DNA from: Macrostomum lignano
Taxonomy: Eukaryota
Direction of reading: 5' to 3'
DNA length: 28,701 bases
Assembly: GCA_002269645.1 (NCBI GenBank)
Contig: NIVC01005005.1
Coordinates: 1 to 28,701, forward strand
Shown here piece by piece: positions 20,883 to 28,701 of this stretch (positions are counted from its first letter, which is position 1; the number at the start of each line of letters is the position of its first letter). A program made the translations under genes and the position numbers. The notes beneath the pieces are model-generated. The model searched no databases. It was not told the origin of the DNA and worked only from the letters and a program-made list of their open reading frames with translations.

Positions 20883-22325
20883 TCAGTCTGGCTGGCTGAA
20901 GGCGGAAGTCCGGCTGAGCGACAGAATTCAGTCGGCCATGGCCCGCGCCACAGATGAAAAATTCCTCAGCAACTTCTTGCTCTTTCTCTCTGTCTGCCTC
21001 CACAGTTTTCCACCCAAGTGTGGCAGGCCGGCCCGGTTGTCAAGCGAAGCGAGAACAAGGGATTTGGGGGGATCTTCACGCTGTAATTCACTTTATTCCT
21101 TTGCCACCTTGGATTTTCTACCCTCTAGCCTTGTAGATTGGTGCTGTCGGGTAAGAAAACACGCGCCAGTATCAGGAGAGAGAGGAGGAGAGCAGCCGTG
21201 GAGAGCAATAAGTCGCTTGGTAGGAGGTTGCGCAGGTCAGGAGGCGTTCGCTCTTTTCTCGCCGGAAGACAAGACGGGGGCTGTACGGCCAGTGGTTGGC
21301 AGCAGTACTTTTGTCTACGGAGGGGAGTTGGGAACTTCGGTTCCAATTTTAGAGAACTGCGAGCAAGAGAGAGGAGGGCGACGAATAAGGCAACGACCAA
21401 AATGGGAATTCTGTGTGGTTCTTTCTCGCTAAGCTGCTATGGAAAGCCAAGTGCTTGGGAGAGAGAAGGAGAGAGAACGCATGCGCGCATTAATACACTG
21501 GCCAGGCCAGAAAGTCGCCTGCCCCAGCCTTAGCTGCGCCACCATTGGCTGCTGCGGCAAGTAGGACTGGAAGCATGCGTGCAGCATTAGCAATGGGCCT
21601 TCCGATTCGCCCAATGCCTTCAAAGCCCATCGTGGCTGCCTCATTTTCTCTTCTCCGCAACTGTAGGAAAATCCGTTCTACTGGCTGTGACGGGGTTGGG
21701 GCCTACCAGCCTTAGCTGTCAAAAGTTCTGAACTGTGGAGGAAGGGTTCTTTGGCCAAGGGCGGTTCCCACCGCGGTTGCATGACCTGTCCACCTGTCCA
21801 CCAATGGAAGTTCCAAGTGCGTGCTTCTTTTTAGTCCAATTTTCATAACTTCTCATCAACTGCGGGTTTCTTTAGGCCCAAAGATTGGAGCTTCTGGGTA
21901 AGGGGAATAGTTTTGGAAATGGGAAGGGAGACGAAAGAGAACGTGGGATTATAGATTTAGCTAGCCATGTGGACTTGCAGCGGGATGCAGCGGAGCTATA
22001 ACTGGGCGTAGCCGCAAGGACAACAATTGTCATTGTCCTTAAAATGCACCCAAATCTGCCGTTTTTCAGCCCGCTTTCTTGGAAATACTTCTAGAAGCGA
22101 ATATCCTGCGGAATTTCACATGCAATTATAGTTTTCATGCGTGTTTTTCTCGTACGTATTTTAAGCCTTCAACACAAACAAGGATAAATGGCCACTCCAC
22201 AGGTGTCGCCTTGGACTAGGGGGGGGGGGGCAGAGGGGCAAAGGGGGGATAGTGGGGACAGATCCAAGAATCATAAAGGAAAACTTCGTATATCATTTTG
22301 GGAATCAGTGTTTTTAGTAAGTATT

Positions 22326-23148
22326 CTTGGCGCCACAGTCACTCATTTTGGCGCCACAGTCACTCATTTTAGCGCAGCAGTCACTCATTATAGCGCAGCA
22401 GTCACTCATTTTAGCGCCACAGTCACTCATTTTAGCGCCGCAGTCACTCATTTTAGCGCCACAGTCACTCATTTTAGCGCAGCAGTCACTCATTTTAGCG
22501 CAGCAGTCACTCATTTTAGCGCAGCAGTCACTCATTATAGCGCAGCAGTCACTCATTTTAGCGCCGCAGTCACTCATTTTAGCGCAGCAGTCACTCATTA
22601 TAGCGCAGCAGTCACTCATTATAGCGCAGCAGTCACTCATTATAGCGCAGCAGTCACTCATTTTAGCGCCGCAGTCACTCATTTTAGCGCCGCAGTCACT
22701 CATTTTAGCGCCGCAGTCACTCATTTTAGCGCAGCAGTCACTCATTATAGCGCAGCAGTCACTCATTATAGCGCAGCAGTCACTCATTTTAGCGCAGCAG
22801 TCACTCATTTTAGCGCCACAGTCACTCATTTTAGCGCAGCAGTCACTCATTTTAGCGCCGCAGTCACTCATTTAAGCGCAGCAGTCACTCATTATAGCGC
22901 AGCAGTCACTCATTTTAGCGCAGCAGTCACTCATTTTAGCGCCACAGTCACTCATTTTATTAGCACCGCAGGCACTCATTTTAGCGCAGCAGTCACTCAT
23001 TATAGCGCAGCAGTCACTCATTTTAGCGCCGCAGTCACTCATTTTAGCGCAGCAGTCACTCATTTTAGCGCCGCAGTCACTCATTTTAGCGCCGCAGTCA
23101 CTCATTTTAGCGCAGCAGTCACTCATTTTAGCGCTGCAGGCACTCATT
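22326..23148. repeat. 21-bp minisatellite AGCGCAGCAGTCACTCATTTT, about 39 copies
   Basis: Directly visible; variants CGCAGCAG/CGCCGCAG/CGCCACAG and TTTT/TTAT. It accounts for ORFs 22188..23153, 22327..22875 and 22314..22871. Confidence 0.98.
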
Positions 23149-24796
23149 CTTGATTTCCATGACGGGTCACAAGGTGTGGGGGCTGGAGGACAAAGCCCCC
23201 ATGTCCCCCTACAGCTTTTACAGGCCTGTACACAGTCTATACACAGTATTATCCAAAGTTCTAGCTAAATTGCTAGCTAACTGACTACCCATCTGCAGTC
23301 GGAAGTGAATAATGTTAAGCATAGCTAATTGCGCAATTTGAATAAAAACTCATTACGCAATGGTTGGCGATGAGATCAATGCCCCTGAAAGATACCCAAC
23401 TTGAAAGGCTATCCAGGTCTGAAATGCAATTTCTCCTCAGACAGAATGTTTTTCTCAACGACTTTCTGCTAAGCTAATATTCGGGACAGGAGGCATGGGG
23501 CCACACCAATCTTGGTGCACACTACTGGCACTCCCTCATCAGTACACTATTTACTTAATCCCGATTTGCATAGCTTCTGGATCTTACTCGGCCACTTTAC
23601 TGATGCTTGCTCAGCTCACTGAGCCAGATTTTTCCATCTAGATTATTCCTTCTCGCTTGGTAGAATTTTTCCCATTAATATTTATCCCTGACCCGATTTC
23701 CCTTAATTTCGATGCGGGTAAGCTCATAGGTTCTTGGTCACGAGCTCGAGTTTCCGGACCTCCCGGTATGTAAAACTTCTCGAAATCTCATGCTTAGCTT
23801 GCAAGAGCGTTTCATCCGCGAACATAGCGGTGAGGCTCCGCACCCAGATGGCTTGGAAGTGTAAAGTAGCCTAGCAGCAACCCGTCTCTGTTGTCTCGCG
23901 TCGAATTAACGCGGGTTTAATAGTGCACGATCAGCACACATACAGAGTTAGCCAGTACAATACCCTGTGCGTGTACATGTATCCATGTGCTTGTGCGTGC
24001 TCAGGGATCAGCAAAATGTTGATTTACGGCAGTATCCAAAGCTCTCTGTGAAATAACTATAGCAACTAAGGCTTCTGATTACTGGCTTTTATGTATAGTC
24101 CAATTTTTAAGGCACTTTAGTCTGGACACTGCAAAGGACCTTGGCTTCATTGTTTCATTTCCTGTTTCTTCTTGATTCAACTTTTCTACTGTATTAGGCA
24201 AAACATACAAAAGCAATACATCATCAGGCTGCACACATGCAGCAATGGTTTATTTCCTTACAGAGAAAAAACAGGAAAGCCACGTTTTAACAACCGAATA
24301 ATGACTGATAGACTGGCTGACTACTGACCGATCGCTGGGACATTTTGAGTGACTGACTACTGCTGTAGTCGCTTTATCGATCTAACATCAAGGACAACTA
24401 AAGCAACGTATATACTTTAGTAGTCCTTGTCTAACATGAGTGTCTGATTGTCCTACATTGTTAACATTTAAGTCAACAATTTTATTGACTTCCGAGTCTA
24501 AAACTTTTTTTGTTGGGGCGTTTCTCAAGCTAGAAACTTCCCAAGTTTGATATTGTACATCGTCGAAAAGTCTTGCTAGTCAACTTTGTCAGTTTACAAG
24601 CCAAACTACATACACGATTTCGCGATGATGTAAATTTTCGAGCTTGTGTCCTAATTTGCGGTCCTAAAAACGAATGCCACATCAAATGCAAGCCCAACGC
24701 TAACAAGAAGATGAAGCAGATGACCTCCATGGCCTTCACATTTAGAAGCAATTACAAAACGCTGGGGTTGATGTTTTGTTTGACAACAAAACGATG

Positions 24797-25276
24797 TATG
24801 GAGGTTTCTGTAACTTTACGGAGGCCCTGTAGCTCTATGGAGGTCCTTGTAACTCTACAGAGGTTACTGCACGTATCTATACGAAGGTCCCTGTATCTAT
24901 ACGGAGGTCCCTGTATCGATACGGAGGTCCCTGTATCTATACGGAGGTCCCTGTATCGATACGGAGGTCCCTGTATCGATACGAAGGTCCCTGTATCTAT
25001 ACGGAGGTCCCTGTATCAATACGGAGGTCCCTGTATCTATACGGAGGTCCCTGTATCTATACGGAGGTCCCTGTATCGATACGGAGGTCCCTGTATCTAT
25101 ACGAAGGTCCCTGTATCTATACGGAGGTTCCTGTATCTATACGGAGGTCCCAGTATCTATACGGAGGTCCCTGTATCCATACGGAGGCCCTGTAACTCTA
25201 CAGAGGTCACTGTATCTATACGGAGGCCCTGTAACTCTACAGAGGTCCCTATAACTCTACAGAGGTCCCTATAACT
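24797..25276. repeat. 20-bp minisatellite ATACGGAGGTCCCTGTATCT, about 24 copies with diverged edge units
   Basis: Directly visible; homogeneous core at about 24880-25180. Confidence 0.97.
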
Positions 25277-26326
25277 AAAGCGCCAAAAAATTGACAATAA
25301 ATATGACTTGACACGGACTAAAAGCAGATATAGAATACGTACTTCATGTTGTTGTAAATAGTAAATTATATCGGGTAGTCATGTACAATATTGGAATTTG
25401 ATTTAGCACCGGAGTCATATCAAGGTCACAGATAATTTGGCAGGACACACTTGTTTTCCCAAGGAAACCCGGGATATTTCATATTTTATCGTCGTAACTA
25501 AAATGTACCAAAACGTGGAGCACTCATCGAGTCTGCCTGCCTTGATTTTGACAGATTTATCGCGTGCTCATTGTTGGCCTAACAAGAGGAACAAATACAT
25601 ATTCCTGGGAATACGTTAGTCGTGCAATTTAAAAACCAAAGAGCGTTTTGAAAATAGAAAACAGGTAGAGCTAAGTGTAACTTCTATTCGGTAGTGCAAC
25701 AACAGAAGGGAATCGTTGCGTAAAATTACAGGCCAATGAGATTTCGGTGCGTCAATCATACGAGTTTGCTCCATATGTAATGACCCCCCGCGTCAAAGAT
25801 AACAAGGCTCGATATATATAGTTAAAAAAATAAGCTGCATACATTCACATGTAGCCAGAGATAAGGGCTTGCATGTTACATAGCCTATAACGCCGTTCGT
25901 TACCTTTCTGAGATTCTGAGGATAAGGGAGGGATGACCGAGGTCATTTAAGAATAGATCTTAGGTTTGATCGGCATCGGTGCCATGCGGTTTGGCGTTTG
26001 CAGCTACACGCTGGCCCGACCCTGCCTTATCTCTTTGTCAGGCCCTGTCAATCAACTGTTGGGGTTACACTGTACACGACCAGCGAACACAAAGTATTAC
26101 GTCATCGCTGAGCTTTTTCTGTTTTTGAAAATGACAGCCTAGGCCCTCTACAATAGACCCATCTATCACTCTCTGAGGCAGGAATGTAGATTGCTAAAAT
26201 AATGCTCGTCGCAAAAAAACTGTGCAGATAGTTTTCTGTACAAAATCAGCTTTTAATTTGTTTTAATCCAACAGAATTTGATGCATATACATGTATAATG
26301 GCAGTGTAGCATAAAGGCAAAGAGCT

Positions 26327-26415
26327 GTGCTGTCTGGTCTATGGCAGCGGAGAATATGGAGAGTGCTGTCTGCAGTCTATGGCAGCGGAGAATATGAAGA
26401 GTGCTGTCCATGGCA
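26327..26415. repeat. Short tandem duplication, 37-38 bp x about 2.3 (GTGCTGTCTG..GTCTATGGCAGCGGAGAATATG.AGA)
   Basis: Two near-identical adjacent copies and a partial third. Confidence 0.9.
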
Positions 26416-27634
26416 ATGCGATCCAATTCAGAATTGTTCAGTGTTAGATCGGTGCAAAACGATTTAAAACAAAGAATAAAACGTTGTACATCAAATCGCA
26501 TAACCTTAACTTATAGCTTGAATTTGCAGTCAGCTTGCAGGTGAAGCACAAACTCAGAGTTTTGTTAGAGTGGATAAATCTCTTCTCGCATTGTGTTCGT
26601 TTAATTAGTGACCATTGATTACATGTACAGTATGTTGATTTTTCAGTGTACTCGACGCTCCTTGAACTTAATATACATGTATATGCATGGTTTGGTTGAT
26701 TTTTTAAAATATGCGTGCTCAGATGTCAGTGTGACGAAACTCTTAGGCTATAAGCCTATAATAAAAATCTAAGTTTGTGTTAACATTCATTTTTCTCCTT
26801 TGTGGGGGTATACATGTAATACATGTAAATGTAACATCAATCATTGTAGTTGCAGTAGTTGTGTAGTTGTAGTTGTACTTGCAAAAATCTATAAAAAGTA
26901 ACTTTTATATTGAATGATGTAAATATATTGAATATAAAATATTGAATATTTTCAATTGGTGCAAGTTGTTGAAATAAAGCAGAACGTAGTGTTCCACCAA
27001 AGAAAACTTGATAAATTTATTTACATTGATAATTTAGATTCATTACTAAAGCTAACTAAAAGTACTAAATAGAATACCACTTAAAAGAGCAATTTACATC
27101 GTCTTAATATATAGTAAGTCTAAATCTATTTCAAGCACATTTTAAAAGTCAATTACATACAAATAAACACTCTAGAGTTTTCGTTTTGTTGTTAAAATTT
27201 TGATTTAGAAAATTTGCGTATGTTTAACAGTGGGTAAATTTGCGAAATTTGCAATATCAAGTAGGCCGCGACCCGCATTATAAATTTGTGTTGAGGCAAA
27301 GTTTTGGCGAAAATAAGTCGTGTAATAAATATACTTGTGATTACTTTTTATGAAATATTATCAACATCTAAATAATAAATAAAGTCGTATAAAGCGACAA
27401 AACTATATTTATAGTAGCATTATTCATTATATTCCATCACTATCACTATATCAGTGCCAGTCATGAGTCAACCAGTGGAAGGTCAAAGCAATTCAATAAC
27501 CAATGGCCATAGCTTATTCATTGACAGTAGGCCTACGGGCCCTAGTGCCTAGAACTAGAATATAATAAAATAAAAAAATTCAAATAAGGAGCTTCTGGTT
27601 CATTCAGTACAGAAGTTACTATTATTAATGTTAT

Positions 27635-28080
27635 GGCAGTTATTATTTGTCCAGTGACCGGACAAATAGCAAAAAGGCTATTTGTCCGGTTAAATTGCTA
27701 ACACAAGTATCTTATTTGTTTCGTGATGAATATTCTAGATTTTTAAGACCTTTTCTCATATATTGATTAATATTTTCTTGTATACTAGAGTGTAAGCAAA
27801 ACAGTGTATTCAATTTGGCACAATTTGGTGTATAAGACACATACTAGTATAACAATATAATAATCAAGATATGAGTAAGAAGTCTTTGAAGTCTAAGAAT
27901 ATTTACCCTTGTGGTTTTTATGAACTAGATATTATAACATTATCAATTTAACCGGACAAATAACAAAATGTCTATTTGTCCGGTATTAATCGGATGAATA
28001 GGAAAGCATGGTCAGGATCTAGTAACCGGACAAATAACCACATTGCTATTCATCCGGTCACTGGACAAATAACAACTGCC
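27635..28080. mobile_element. 446-bp TIR element (MITE) with 38-bp TIRs and repeated CCGGACAAATA motifs; superfamily uncertain
   Basis: 27635-27672 versus the reverse complement of 28043-28080 match 35/38. An inner inverted pair (TATTTGTCCGGTTAAATTG at about 27680 / CAATTTAACCGGACAAATA at about 27945) extends the symmetry. Flanks TTAT and TAAT are an imperfect TSD. Confidence 0.85.
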
Positions 28081-28676
28081 TAATAGTATTATTAAGCCCA
28101 TTGGCTTTGATATTAATAATATTTAATATTTAATCATTTTAGTATTTAATATTTTAATATTTATCTTTTATCATCATTATATTAATCTTTTAATACTCTT
28201 TTTAATTTATTAATTCATGGCTTTATCCTTCAAAATATACCAAGCCATAGAATGAATTCATCAAATTTTGGAAAATAATTTACATTAAAAAGTTTAGATT
28301 CTAAAAAATGTTCAACTTTCAAATACACAATTCTCCAAAACTGCTTGGATCAAATTAATATTAGTTACATAGGACTATAGGAATGCTCACAAATCAACCT
28401 ACTATTACCTCTGAGGGTAATTTTTTGCAGTTTTTTGCTTTATTATCATTTTGGATAGCCTCTAAGACTCTGGCGAAAGTTTCAGAAAAATTGAAAAATT
28501 GGAAGTATTTTATGTACCTAAAGTTCAAGAAGGCCACAACCTTGGCTTGGCTATTAGTATTAGGGCCTATAGGGTTATATCTTTTAAATAGTTGAATTTC
28601 TAGCCTTTTGCTTTTTTTTCTATCTAGTAGGCCTACATAGGCTTAAAACTATTTCTAACTATAAAAATCAAAACTC

Positions 28677-28699
28677 GTGTGTGTGTGTGTCTGTGTGTG
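28677..28699. repeat. Short (GT)n microsatellite at the window end
   Basis: GTGTGT run with one C interruption. Confidence 0.9.
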
Positions 28700-28701
28700 G
28701 A

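Noticed and set aside
22195-23230. G/C-rich flanks suggesting a hAT-like element enclosing the 21-bp array (CAGGTGTCG… / …TACAGGCCTG)
   Set aside because: The two ends are not reverse complements beyond CAGG, and no TSD was found.
24573-25274. 233-aa ORF
   Set aside because: Mostly a translation of the 20-bp minisatellite cycling through frames; the unique part has no recognisable domain.
25855-26035. Three GATAAGG motifs, one inverted (possible GATA enhancer)
   Set aside because: Short motifs with no independent support; plausible by chance.
26500-28660. AT-rich terminal region with TACATGTA words and a 70-aa ORF at 28383..28595
   Set aside because: Low-complexity intergenic DNA; the ORF has no motif, and apart from the TIR element no structure could be supported.

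Overview
Eukaryotic (invertebrate animal) genomic DNA: GC-rich, intron-poor coding islands separated by AT-rich spacers full of minisatellites, microsatellites, MITEs and a SINE. The style is consistent with a flatworm such as Macrostomum, but the species cannot be confirmed from sequence alone. Three genes are well supported. (1) A minus-strand KIAA0753/moonraker-like centriolar gene (3912->2312) whose conserved N- and C-terminal motifs lie in different frames and can be rejoined by one extra base near 2947. (2) A plus-strand two-exon gene (7337-7945 + 8049-9572, 710 aa) with an unusual BTB-BTB-BACK architecture ending in a jacalin-like (beta-prism lectin-like) module rather than kelch repeats; this is the best novelty candidate. 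(3) A minus-strand 850-aa low-complexity polyQ ORF (20882->18330) with an N-terminal MG and a possible degenerate KH-like module. A chain of phase-compatible minus-strand exons between about 16.1 and 10.7 kb suggests a further hidden, possibly damaged, gene (low confidence). Repeats comprise three tandem arrays (20/22, 21 and 20 bp; the first two share a core motif), two inverted copies of a hAT/Charlie-type MITE, two other TIR elements, a tRNA-derived CORE-type SINE and a perfect 18-bp hairpin. No rRNA, bona fide tRNA or CRISPR array was found. Family assignments rest on motifs recalled from memory, not on database searches.
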